The notes under the pieces: generated by a model
Database searches by the model: none
Told to the model about the DNA's origin: nothing
Seen by the model: only the letters and a program-made list of their open reading frames with translations
Source: an uncultured Verrucomicrobiae bacterium
GTDB taxonomy: Bacteria > Verrucomicrobiota > Verrucomicrobiia > Limisphaerales > JAFGQR01
Length of the DNA: 64,000 nt
Assembly: GCA_963788655.1 (NCBI GenBank)
Contig: CAWBHS010000057.1
Location: forward strand, 96,001 to 160,000
Direction of reading: 5' to 3'
In this document: in pieces, positions 39,262-48,674 of the stretch
Layout of the letters: each line of letters opens with the position of its first letter
How positions within the stretch are numbered: position 1 is the stretch's first letter
Position numbers and translations under genes: made by a program

Positions 39262-39738
39262 ATGCAAATGAAAATCACACCATTCCTTTGGTTCGATGAT
39301 CAAGCCGAGCAGGCTGCGAAGTTTTACACCTCCATTTTCAAGAAATCGAAAATCAAAAGCGTCACGCGCTACAGCGACGCGGGGCCCGGCCCGAAAGGCT
39401 CGGTGATGACTGTGACATTCGAGATCGAGGGGCGGGAGTTCATCGCGCTGAACGGCGGGCCGCAGTACCAGTTCAACGAATCCGTCTCGTTTATGGTGCA
39501 TTGTAAAACGCAGGCGGAGGTGGACCGCTATTGGAAGAAACTCACGTCCGGCGGCGGCAAGGAAGTGGCGTGCGGCTGGCTCAAGGACAAATACGGCCTA
39601 TGCTGGCAGATCGTGCCCACCGTGCTCCTCGAACTCATATCCTCCAAAGACGCGGCCAAATCACAACGCGTCATGCAAGCCATGATGAACATGGTCAAGC
39701 TCGACATCAGAAGATTGAAGCAGGCAGCCAGAGGCTAG
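39262..39738 (+). CDS. VOC family protein (3-demethylubiquinone-9 3-methyltransferase-like)
   Basis: ITPFLWFDDQAEQAA.FY, ALNGGP, CGWLKDKYGLCWQIVP. Confidence 0.92.
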   Translation: MQMKITPFLWFDDQAEQAAKFYTSIFKKSKIKSVTRYSDAGPGPKGSVMTVTFEIEGREFIALNGGPQYQFNESVSFMVHCKTQAEVDRYWKKLTSGGGKEVACGWLKDKYGLCWQIVPTVLLELISSKDAAKSQRVMQAMMNMVKLDIRRLKQAARG

Positions 39739-39744
39739 CGGTCC

Positions 39745-40302
39745 ATGAATATTCGCATCGCGTTATTCCGGGGCATCAACGTTGGAGGCAAACACAGTTT
39801 GCCAATGAAAGAACTGGTGTCGTTATTGGAAGCTCTCGGTTGCCGGAACGTTCGCACCTACATTCAGAGCGGCAATGCCGTGTTCGAGAGCGGCGAGAAG
39901 AACGCGACGAAGTTGGCGAATCGGATCAGCACCGAAGTCGGAAAATGCCGCGGGTTCAAGCCTTCCGTTTTGGTTCTCGGCATTGGCGAATTCGAGAAGG
40001 CGATGCAGCAAAATCCGTTTCCCGCGGCGGAAGCTGATCCCAAATCGCTGCACCTGGGTTTCCTCGCCGCCATCCCCAAACGTCCCGACCTGAAACGGCT
40101 TGAAGTCCTCAAAAAGAACAGTGAACAGTTTCGCCTCATTGGCCGGATATTTTACTTGCACGCGCCCGAAGGCGTCGGACGGTCCAAACTGGCCGCCGGC
40201 ATCGAACAGTGTCTCGGCGTGCCACTGACGGTTCGTAATTGGCGAACCGTCTGCAAGCTCCTGGAACTGGCAAGCGAGATGAACCGGAGCCGCCCGGCCT
40301 GA
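39745..40302 (+). CDS. DUF1697 domain protein
   Basis: IALFRGINVGG, VRTYIQSGN, TVRNWRTV. Confidence 0.92.
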   Translation: MNIRIALFRGINVGGKHSLPMKELVSLLEALGCRNVRTYIQSGNAVFESGEKNATKLANRISTEVGKCRGFKPSVLVLGIGEFEKAMQQNPFPAAEADPKSLHLGFLAAIPKRPDLKRLEVLKKNSEQFRLIGRIFYLHAPEGVGRSKLAAGIEQCLGVPLTVRNWRTVCKLLELASEMNRSRPA

Positions 40303-40314
40303 TGAGATCAGGCT

Positions 40315-40635
40315 GGCTGCAGTTACACAACGAATATCCGAAATATCTACTGGAGAGACGAAGAGGCATTCTGGCGGCTCGTAGTATGATGCTTCGGACG
40401 TTTTTGGTGTAGTTCCCGTGACGATTTGACCGAGTTCAGCAATCTGAATTTGTTGCTTTTCACTTCCGCTCAGCGCGTCTTCAAACCACGCCTCCTGTGC
40501 AACAACGGCTGAAGACAAGAGCTTGCCTTGAGCCTGTGCGACTTCATCCACCGCCCAGAGGATTTCGGCGCTGCGGCGCTGCTGGTCGAGCGGCGGGAGG
40601 TCGAACTCCTCCAGCTTGAGCGTCGTCCAGTTGAA
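40315..40635 (-). pseudogene. Type I restriction-modification specificity subunit (HsdS) internal fragment
   Basis: NWTTLKLEEFDLPPLDQQRRSAEILWAVDE (conserved helical region) followed by a TRD start, ELGQIVTGTTPKT...Y; the TRD part is visibly AT-richer; no start or partner genes. Confidence 0.7.
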
Positions 40636-40820
40636 GGCGTACCAACTGTGGGGTAACGACCACGAGGATCCGCCTCTCCTACCGCGCGTCGAGAACCTGG
40701 TCAACAAGGAAGGGATTATGCCTGAAATAGAGCCCTCAGGTCCGCGACTGGAACAAATTCGTCACCGGCTGGGTTTTAACCGGCCGTCCCGAGTCGGCGT
40801 TGGTGCGCGACCTAACGGGG

Positions 40821-42038
40821 CTAAGCAGGCTGTGCCGTCGGGGCCATCGGTTTGCTACCCCAGCCGAACAGGCTCTTCAGCCATAGCCAGAATGCCCGGT
40901 ATCCTTTGACCAGACTTAAGTCGCGCACTTCGGAAAGCGCGTAAATCTGTGCAATGGTTTCTTCGTGCGAACGAAAACGGGGCGGCAACGTGAGATACGT
41001 TTTGGTCGTAGCGCCCTCCACGCGCATCAACTCCGGAAAGATCATTCCGCGGCCCAGGGCATATTGTCCCTCTGGCAATGGCAACGTGCGCGCCGGCAGG
41101 ACCAGTAACGGACGATACCGCAGCACGAACTCGCCCGAATCGGAGCGGGTTAGTTTGCCGTAAGTCCGCACCGGCACCTGGTCGATTTTGCGGGCGGTGA
41201 ACATCCAGTTGCCGGCGGGTTTGGGGACAAAGCGTTTTTGGCGTAACGTCAACAAATCCCACGCGAACACGTTGCCGAACACCGTGAGACGAAAGGACCA
41301 ACCGGCCAAAAAATAGGCGGCAACGATCAGCACCAGGGACCACACCGCGCCCCAGTATGGGTGGGCGAAGGACGTCAGCGTGACGGTCGAGAGCAAAAAC
41401 AAGCGCACGGATTTCAACCCGGCGTCCACCGTGGCAAACGGGCTGATAACAATCAGCACGTTGATGACATGGGAAACCATCCACACCAGCGCAAACGCGA
41501 ATATGGCGAGGGGGATGGTCAGGAAATTCACCAACACGCTCGGATCAAACGCCGCCAATCCGAGGCCTTGCCGCAGCGACTCCTCCGGGGAAGCCGCCTG
41601 GAAGAGCGTGGCCATGATCGGGACAAACGCGCCGGCGGCAATCAAACCACTGAGCTTGTTTTCAAATAACTCGAGGGCGTCCAGCGGCTTTTTGAGGACG
41701 GTGGGCACCGCCGGTCCCATTACATCTTTGGCAAAACAGAAACTGACGATTACCAAGGCCGGAATCCAAAACCACGGTTGCGCAAACCAGGGGAGTCGCG
41801 CCCGTTGCGCGGCCGCTGCGTGCAGGTATTTCCAGGCACCCACCGCGCTGACGCCCAGCAGTGGCGAAATGGCCACGCCCGTAATCGTGGACAACGCCTG
41901 GGCCGCGCGCACACCGGCCGAGGGATGGGCGGCGACCGTGGGCGTTGAGGCGGGAGCCGTTGTCGGCGGCGCGGCTTGGGCGACCAATAACGCGCTGACG
42001 GCCAACACTCCCAGGCAAAGCCAGATCCGTGTGTTCAT
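40821..42038 (-). CDS. Hypothetical membrane protein with signal peptide
   Basis: 405-aa ORF with signal peptide, several TM helices and a soluble C-terminal domain. Confidence 0.75.
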   Translation of the reverse strand: MNTRIWLCLGVLAVSALLVAQAAPPTTAPASTPTVAAHPSAGVRAAQALSTITGVAISPLLGVSAVGAWKYLHAAAAQRARLPWFAQPWFWIPALVIVSFCFAKDVMGPAVPTVLKKPLDALELFENKLSGLIAAGAFVPIMATLFQAASPEESLRQGLGLAAFDPSVLVNFLTIPLAIFAFALVWMVSHVINVLIVISPFATVDAGLKSVRLFLLSTVTLTSFAHPYWGAVWSLVLIVAAYFLAGWSFRLTVFGNVFAWDLLTLRQKRFVPKPAGNWMFTARKIDQVPVRTYGKLTRSDSGEFVLRYRPLLVLPARTLPLPEGQYALGRGMIFPELMRVEGATTKTYLTLPPRFRSHEETIAQIYALSEVRDLSLVKGYRAFWLWLKSLFGWGSKPMAPTAQPA

Positions 42039-42118
42039 GAGGCCAGAACTTGCCTGAGACGGTATTGGGGTAAAAGGGTAAAGTCGGTGGGCGAATCAGT
42101 ATCGCCTTCGCAGACCAC

Positions 42119-42676
42119 TCATTCTTCCGTGGCGGCACCGGACGCTTTCGCCCACTCCTCCACCATTGAGCCATAGGCACTGCGCAGCGGTTGGAGAACG
42201 CGCACCAATTCGCCATCGCGCCCCAACAAATGATCCGCGTATTGGATAATCAGACGATTCGGGAACGCTTCCGGCCGAGCGGCCTGCACCAGGCGTAGCG
42301 CCGCCTCCGCCTGGCTGGCGCCGAAGGCCTGGGCCGCCAGCACAAACGAGGCGGCCGTGGACCGGCTGATGCCCGCAAAACAATGGACAAGCGCATGCAC
42401 CGGGCCGGAACGGGATGCTTCCAGACAACGCTCGCCAAAGCTGAGGATCTCCGCCACTTGGGCTCGCGTCGGCGCGGCGGCTTGAAACAGCCTGGCTTCG
42501 TCCGTGCTTTCGACATCGTGGAACCAGAGCTGCAAATGCTCGCCGTGAAACCAGGACGGCGTTTCTTTGGGCGTCTGCGGATCTTCGAGCGACAACAAGT
42601 GCGTAAGGCGTTGGCGCGCGAATTGTTCAATTTCGCGCTTGCCACAAATCGAGAAGCGGTAAGGCATTTTCTTCAT
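42119..42676 (-). CDS. Protein-tyrosine-phosphatase-like protein
   Basis: WFHD acid loop, HCFAGISRS (CX5R), RP.A.PN; start approximate. Confidence 0.85.
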   Translation of the reverse strand: MKKMPYRFSICGKREIEQFARQRLTHLLSLEDPQTPKETPSWFHGEHLQLWFHDVESTDEARLFQAAAPTRAQVAEILSFGERCLEASRSGPVHALVHCFAGISRSTAASFVLAAQAFGASQAEAALRLVQAARPEAFPNRLIIQYADHLLGRDGELVRVLQPLRSAYGSMVEEWAKASGAATEE

Positions 42677-42788
42677 CAGGCAACTGCCGGTTGCGTCTTC
42701 GTGCTGGACAACATTAATCGCATTCACGAAGCGTCTTCGCAAGCTGACTGCCTGCCAATCTGGCTGGATTTCCAAAAAATCTACGAAG

Positions 42789-43547
42789 TCACCGGTGCAT
42801 GACCGGCGGAAACAAATTTGAATCCACCCACCGCATCAACGCCAAACGATACAGGAATGCCGTGCGCACACAGCCCCAGCCGTATTCCAGGCTGCGGCGG
42901 AAATTGATGGATGAGGCCTCGGGAAAATATTTGGTCGGGCAGGTGACTTCGCCAATGGTGTAGCCAAACCAGAGCACTTGCAGGAGCACCTGGTTGTCGA
43001 AAACAAAATCATCCGAGTTGTCCGCCAACGGCAGCCGTTCGAGGATTTCCCGCGAGAACGCCCGGTAACCGGTGTGGTATTCGGACAATTTTGCGCCAGT
43101 GAGTAGATTTTCGACCAACGTGAGCACCCGGTTGGCCAGGTATTTCCACCACGGCATGCCGCCCTGGAGCGCGTAGCCGCCCAGAATGCGCGACCCCAGT
43201 ACGCACGGATATAGCCCTTGTTCCACCAGGGAAGCCATCACCGGCAACAGCTTGGGAGTGTATTGGTAATCCGGGTGGAGCATGATCACAATGTCCGCGC
43301 CGGCTTCCAGCGCCAGACGATAGCACGTTTTCTGATTGGCACCGTATCCCTGATTGTGTTCGTGCCGGTGCGCCTGCACCTTGACCAGCCGTTGCGCGAT
43401 GGTCAGCGTTTCGTCCTGGCTCGCATCGTCCACCAGGATGATCAAGTCCACGAACGGGTGCGCCGTGACTTCCTCATAAGTCTGCTGCAAGGTTCGAGCC
43501 GCATTGTAAGCCGGCATCACCACCACCACTTTTTTTCCGTTTAGCAT
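42789..43547 (-). CDS. Glycosyltransferase family 2
   Basis: VVMPAYNAA, VDDASQD, NQGYGANQKTCY, HPDYQY, GYRAF. Confidence 0.93.
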   Translation of the reverse strand: MLNGKKVVVVMPAYNAARTLQQTYEEVTAHPFVDLIILVDDASQDETLTIAQRLVKVQAHRHEHNQGYGANQKTCYRLALEAGADIVIMLHPDYQYTPKLLPVMASLVEQGLYPCVLGSRILGGYALQGGMPWWKYLANRVLTLVENLLTGAKLSEYHTGYRAFSREILERLPLADNSDDFVFDNQVLLQVLWFGYTIGEVTCPTKYFPEASSINFRRSLEYGWGCVRTAFLYRLALMRWVDSNLFPPVMHR

Positions 43548-43678
43548 CGCGTGCGCACGCAGCCTGTCTTCAGCCAGGGCGTGCGGGCAAACCCTTAACC
43601 TGAGTTGGGAAAATGTGCGAGGACTATTGCTCGTCCAATCCATCGGCCAAGGTTGCTTCGGTCGGGAATTTGCCGATA

Positions 43679-44587
43679 ATGGCTCCAGTGCAATTCATAC
43701 GAGACATCTACGCCTCGAAGCAAGCGACCCGCCGGCCGGTCGTTTCGGTGGAATATTTTACACCCAAGACCCCCGAGGGCGAACGCAACCTGTTGGCGAA
43801 GACCGTGCCGGCCCTCAACCAATTGGGGCTGGACTACTGCTCCGTCACCTACGGCGCCGGTGGCAGCACCCGGGAGAAAACCCTCGAAATCGTCGAGCGC
43901 ATCCAGCGGGACCATGGCTTGACCGCCATGGCGCACCTCACCTGCGTCAGCACCACCCGCCACCAGATTGGTGAGGTGCTGTTGGAAGCCAAGGAGCGGG
44001 GCATCCAAAACATCCTCGCGCTACGGGGCGATCCGCCGGGCGGGGAAGGTGAATTTCAAATCCTCGAGGGCGGCTTCGAATACGCTTACGAACTGGTGGA
44101 ATTGATCCGGCGGATCGGCGGATTCAGCACCGGCGTGGCCGGGTTTCCCGAAGGGCACATCGCCTGTCAGGCCGGCAAACTTGCCGACTGGCAATATCTG
44201 AAACGCAAGGTGGATTGTGGGGCCGACTTTGTCATCACTCAGCTTTTCTTCGACAATGCCGACTTTTATGAGTTCCGTGACCACCTGACCCAAAAACTGG
44301 GCGTCACGGTCCCGCTGGTTCCGGGTATCATTCCCATTCTGAGTGCCTCCCAGATTAAGAAGTTCACTTCGCTGTGCGGCGCTCGCATTCCGGAACGGCT
44401 GGCCCAACAACTGGAAAAGTTCGGTGATGACAACGAAGCCACCGGCCGGTTCGGCATCGACTACGCCACGCAACAATGCGAAGATCTGCTGCGACAAGGT
44501 GTGCCCGGACTCCATTTTTATACGTTGAACAAAGTCGGGGCCACCGCGCAGATTCTAAAGAACCTCCAGCTTGCCGCCGGTGCCTGA
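43679..44587 (+). CDS. metF: 5,10-methylenetetrahydrofolate reductase
   Basis: SVEYFTPK, SVTYGAGGST, AHLTCV, ALRGDPP, ITQLFFD, HFYTLN. Confidence 0.95.
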   Translation: MAPVQFIRDIYASKQATRRPVVSVEYFTPKTPEGERNLLAKTVPALNQLGLDYCSVTYGAGGSTREKTLEIVERIQRDHGLTAMAHLTCVSTTRHQIGEVLLEAKERGIQNILALRGDPPGGEGEFQILEGGFEYAYELVELIRRIGGFSTGVAGFPEGHIACQAGKLADWQYLKRKVDCGADFVITQLFFDNADFYEFRDHLTQKLGVTVPLVPGIIPILSASQIKKFTSLCGARIPERLAQQLEKFGDDNEATGRFGIDYATQQCEDLLRQGVPGLHFYTLNKVGATAQILKNLQLAAGA

Positions 44588-44619
44588 ACGGACCTTACCG
44601 CACTTACATTGCCGGCCGC

Positions 44620-44864
44620 AACGTGCTGCCGGCATCTTGCCGGCAGACTGGAATGGGCCGTTCGGTCAAAGCCCAATTTCCAATGACCAATGACCAGAGC
44701 ATGACCAAGATCCAAGGTCCAATTACCCACCGGCTCACAGCAGGGATTGTGAAAGTGTCTTGGTGCTTGAGCAGTGGGCTTTCTTTGGTCATTGGAGGTT
44801 GGCCGTTGGTCATTCCCACCCGCTGTTCGATTCGTTTCTGCCGGCGAGACGCCGGCAGCACGTT
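44620..44864. repeat. Composite palindromic element with AACGTGCTGCCGGCATCTTGCCGGCAGA ends and internal CCAATGA/TCATTGG heptamer repeats
   Basis: Ends 44620-44647 and 44837-44864 are near reverse complements; internal tandem heptamers. Confidence 0.8.
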
Positions 44865-44922
44865 GACCACGCGCCATCCCGCCGCTTGACACTGACCGGG
44901 AAAGGCCGAACGCTTTCCACGC

Positions 44923-45405
44923 GTGAAATTCGGGTTCAATCTCAAGTCCCTGGCGTGGCTGTTCGTGATCGTGTTGGCCGCATACATTGCCGGCTTCTAC
45001 GGCATCGAGCATTTGCGGCATCGCCGGGGCCCGTGGGTGGTGACGTTTATCACGGACACAAATGGCCAGCCGGCCATCGTGATTGATCAGCCTGCCTTGA
45101 ACATTGCGGAGGTCACCATTCACTTTCTCGGCGAACATGCCGCGTCGGCCGGGTTGCGTCGAACCGTTCGCTTCAGTGCTCCGTTAACGCCGGTGCCCTT
45201 TGGCAAAGTCATTAATGAAGACTTGAGATTCCTGCCTGGCGTGGTGACCTTCGATCTGTTCGGACATGAAATCGAATTACGGCCGCCGGTGCTGTCGGTC
45301 AATCGCCGGGAGATTCCGTGGAAACGCAATCGGATGATCAAACTAACCGCCGCGGACAAGCCCGCCGAACCACTGGGTTCAACGGATAATTCAGGCGGGC
45401 ATTGA
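44923..45405 (+). CDS. Hypothetical protein with N-terminal TM helix
   Basis: 160-aa ORF with a hydrophobic N-terminus, filling the gap between two repeat elements. Confidence 0.7.
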   Translation: MKFGFNLKSLAWLFVIVLAAYIAGFYGIEHLRHRRGPWVVTFITDTNGQPAIVIDQPALNIAEVTIHFLGEHAASAGLRRTVRFSAPLTPVPFGKVINEDLRFLPGVVTFDLFGHEIELRPPVLSVNRREIPWKRNRMIKLTAADKPAEPLGSTDNSGGH

Positions 45406-45428
45406 TTACCGAGAGGGGGCCGGAGGCG

Positions 45429-45627
45429 CAATGACCAACGTCCAATGACCAATGACCAGAGAAGATCCAAGCCCGAATGCCCAAGACCAAGGTGAGCGGA
45501 GGTCCGATGCCGGCCGAATGGTATTTGCTTGGTGGAACTTGGTCAGTCCCTGGTCATTGGTCATTGGACATTGGACATTGACCGAACGGCCCGTTCCAAT
45601 CTGCCGGCAAGATGCCGGCAGCACGTT
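45429..45627. repeat. Second copy (inverted) of the heptamer-containing palindromic element
   Basis: 45530-45627 is the reverse complement of about 44620-44720 at high identity. Confidence 0.8.
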
Positions 45628-45685
45628 CGCCGGAGAATAAGATTGTGTTTTCCGGTCCAAGGGAGCCTGATTGGGGCTCGCACGC

Positions 45686-46611
45686 ATGGACCGGAAACTT
45701 CCATACCCACCGTTGGAGCCGCCATCCTGATGACGCTGGCCGTCATCGGTCTGCAAATCGTCTTGATCATTCCTATCCAGATCGCCGCGACCATCTTCGC
45801 TCACACGCAGGGAGGGGACGCTCGATCCATTATAGAACATCCGGCCATGCTGGCCGTGGTCAACATCATTGCTCTCGGTGCGGTGATCTATTGGGGCGTT
45901 CACCGCAACCCCGTGCCATGGCAGCAAGTCCTGCCGTTGCGAGCCATCCCTTGGCGAGTGGTGCTGGCCATCGCGGTGATGGTTCCGGGCATGGGCATCC
46001 TGCTTTCCGAGATCGACAATTTGTTTCGCCGAGTGGTGCCAGTGCCGGACTTTGTGGCCGAGTTGTTCAAGGATCTGTTACACAATCCCGCGCACTTGTG
46101 GGCGGCTGCTGTTACCATGATCCTGGTCGCACCCGCCACCGAGGAACCGTTGTTTCGCGGGGTGATCCTGCGAGGCTTGCTGGGGCATTGCCGGACGGGG
46201 ACCGCCATCGTTGCCAGCTCCTTGTTGTTCGGCCTGGCGCACTTGAATCCCTGGCAGTTCATTTCCGCCACGCTACTGGGAATGGTTTTTGCCTGGTGGT
46301 ATGTCCGGACCCAATCACTGTTACCCGGACTGATTGGCCATGCCCTGGCCAATGGCCTGGTGTTTTGTGCTCCCTATTTCCCCTTCGAAATCCGAGGCTT
46401 CAATCGACTGAGCGATTACCAAACGCTTGAACTTCAGCCAGTCTGGTTCGATGGACTGGGACTCGCCCTCGTGCTGTTGGGTGCCTGGTTGTTCCGACGA
46501 TGGACACCCAAATCTTCAGGGGAGGAATCGGCGCCGCCCGTCATCGATGCGTGGCCGGCAAGTCCGGTGGGAACGAGTGACGTGCCCGGCCAACCCAGCA
46601 GCAGCGAATAG
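45686..46611 (+). CDS. CPBP (Abi/CAAX) intramembrane metalloprotease; probable 1-base deletion near 45707
   Basis: APATEEPLFRG, FGLAHLNPWQ, GHALANG; likely N-terminus MDRKLPYP|TVGAAIL. Confidence 0.85.
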
Positions 46612-46638
46612 ATCCCAACGGCACGGTAACCAAGCAAG

Positions 46639-46778
46639 GGGAGCACAGGCGCCTCGCCTGTTGGGCGGGGCGCCTCGCGCCGACCGCGAATGGAACGACG
46701 CGGGCGATTTGAAAACGGCGGCGGTTTGCGAGTCAACGGCAGGGCGCCGTTGACTGCGCCCGAAGCGGGCGCGCTCCC
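46639..46778 (+). repeat. REP/MITE-like element, family A copy 2
   Basis: Homologous to 3773-3913, same orientation. Confidence 0.8.
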
Positions 46779-46847
46779 TGCTTATGGCGTGAGCCACACT
46801 TCATCCCTGCGTTGACGCTTCGAAATGTTCCCGGCAAGGTGAAGTCC

Positions 46848-48236
46848 ATGAAAACACTGCTGCGTGGTTGGATTGGACTCTTGGCTATAACTGGTGTGGC
46901 TTGGGGCGCTGCTTCCGAACGGGGAGCCACCTTGCTTCTCCAATGGCAACAACCGACACCGCGCATGCATTCGACGGTTTCGGCGAAACCATTCCTGTTC
47001 CTTGGTCCGATGCTGGGGAATGTCAGTTCCACCCAAGCGATGATTTGGGGGCGGGCGTCCGGACCGGCGCAATTGGCCGTGCGCGTTGGTCCGCGCGACG
47101 ATTTGACCAACGCACGACAAGTCAACGGCCCGAAGCTGGTCGCGGAAAGCGGCTTCATGGGAACCACAACGGTTGCCGGGCTCGAACCCTCCCGGCGCTA
47201 TTACTACTGCCTCTTGTTGGACGGCCAACCCGCCATGCTGCCGCCCTATCCATCGTTCACAACCCCACCGCCGGAAGGCACCCCGGGACATCTGCGGTTT
47301 GCCTTTGTTTCGTGCGTCGGCTACCACGGTTACGACGCCGCGCCCAGTTACGCGGATATGGCGTCACGGACCAATCTCGATCTGGTGTTGATGCTGGGCG
47401 ACAACCATTACGCCAACACTACCGATCCGGTTAAACAGCGCGCCTATTACGCCGACCAGCGCCGGCAGGCCGGCTGGCGCGAACTGGCGGCGCACACACC
47501 GATCTATGCGGTTTGGGACGACCACGACTTTGGTCCGGACAACAGCGACAGCACCTTGAAAGGGAAAGCGCGATCGCTCCAAACATTCAAAGAACATTGG
47601 GCCAATCCGGCGTACGGAGAAACCAACAATCCTGGCGTCTATTTCAAATTCACTCGCGACAACGTGGAGTTCTTCATGCTGGACGACCGCTATCACCGCT
47701 CGCCGAACAAAGTCAAAGACGGACCGAACAAGACCATGCTCGGCGCCGAGCAAGTCGCATGGTTGAAGCGTGAGTTGCTGGCTTCCACCGCGCCCATCAA
47801 GGTCCTCGCCGCCGGGGGGGAATGGGAATCCCATGGCACGGACGATTCCTGGGCCAGCTTCGCGCGGGAACGAGACGATATCTTCCAATTTATCCGCGAC
47901 CACAATATCAAGGGAGTGCTTCTCATTTCCGGAGACCGGCATTTCACCGGCGCCTACCAGGTCCAAGGCCGATGGATCGAAGTGACCTCCGGCCCGCTCG
48001 GCAGTTCCAATGCGAAAACAAAAAACTTGCCGGAGATGTTCCTGAACCTTAGCGATTCGAAGGCCAAATACTATTGCATTTATGACCTTGATACGCGCCC
48101 GGCGAAACCCGCCGTCACGCTGGAGGTGTATCGCGTGGGCGAAGGATTGGTAACACGCCGGGCGTTCACGTGGGCAGAAGTGCTGGGCGAAAAGAAAATC
48201 CCTCCCCTGGCCGCAGGCGCAACCACCACGAAATAG
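46848..48236 (+). CDS. Alkaline phosphatase D (PhoD) family metallophosphatase
   Basis: FAFVSC, LGDNHYA, WDDHDF, LDDRYHR, SGDRH; N-terminal FN3/PAP-like domain and signal peptide. Confidence 0.88.
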   Translation: MKTLLRGWIGLLAITGVAWGAASERGATLLLQWQQPTPRMHSTVSAKPFLFLGPMLGNVSSTQAMIWGRASGPAQLAVRVGPRDDLTNARQVNGPKLVAESGFMGTTTVAGLEPSRRYYYCLLLDGQPAMLPPYPSFTTPPPEGTPGHLRFAFVSCVGYHGYDAAPSYADMASRTNLDLVLMLGDNHYANTTDPVKQRAYYADQRRQAGWRELAAHTPIYAVWDDHDFGPDNSDSTLKGKARSLQTFKEHWANPAYGETNNPGVYFKFTRDNVEFFMLDDRYHRSPNKVKDGPNKTMLGAEQVAWLKRELLASTAPIKVLAAGGEWESHGTDDSWASFARERDDIFQFIRDHNIKGVLLISGDRHFTGAYQVQGRWIEVTSGPLGSSNAKTKNLPEMFLNLSDSKAKYYCIYDLDTRPAKPAVTLEVYRVGEGLVTRRAFTWAEVLGEKKIPPLAAGATTTK

Positions 48237-48264
48237 CAACCAAGAAAGCCGCACTTCGGTAACG

Positions 48265-48381
48265 GTAGGACAGGCGTCCCGCCTGTATCGGATTCTTAAA
48301 CGGCGTTCGCCGTTCTGCGTAACGCTCAGCGGCGGAATGAGCGCCTTTGAAAGTTCGGGACAGCCGGGACGGCTGTCCTAC
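48265..48381. repeat. Inverted pair of GTAG-type REPs
   Basis: GTAGGACAGGCGTCCCGCCTGT ... GACAGCCGGGACGGCTGTCCTAC; a third copy is at 62724-62746. Confidence 0.75.
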
Positions 48382-48406
48382 GGGGGGAGGACCTCCGAAC
48401 CTCGCG

Positions 48407-48542
48407 CAGCGTTTGGAGCGCATGGAGCTTGCTTCCGCTTTCGTCGGACAGGAACGCACTAAAAGGCCGGGAACGCACATAAGAATTTGATCGCCTCCCT
48501 CCAAATGAAAGCGCCGGCAAGCCGGACGCACTCCAAACGCTG
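48407..48542. repeat. REP-doublet element, family B copy 2
   Basis: CAGCGTTTGGAGCGC...ACGCACTCCAAACGCTG, related to 5674-5810. Confidence 0.8.
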
Positions 48543-48674
48543 GCGCGACCAACTGCATACCGTTCCCGAATGCGCGCCTTCCGTGCGAGTATTCATCTGT
48601 TTCACGCTTCACGCTTCAACAGTTGAACCCCTTGCCCGTCACAAAACTCATCCGATCCATTTCCGAATGCCCCC

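Noticed and set aside
39823..40707. 294-aa minus-strand ORF as a complete gene
   Set aside because: Only 40315-40635 is HsdS-like; the rest is the antisense shadow of the DUF1697 gene.
44620..45627. Possible CRISPR array or IS element
   Set aside because: No regularly spaced direct repeats with unique spacers, no cas genes, and the enclosed ORF has no transposase motifs.
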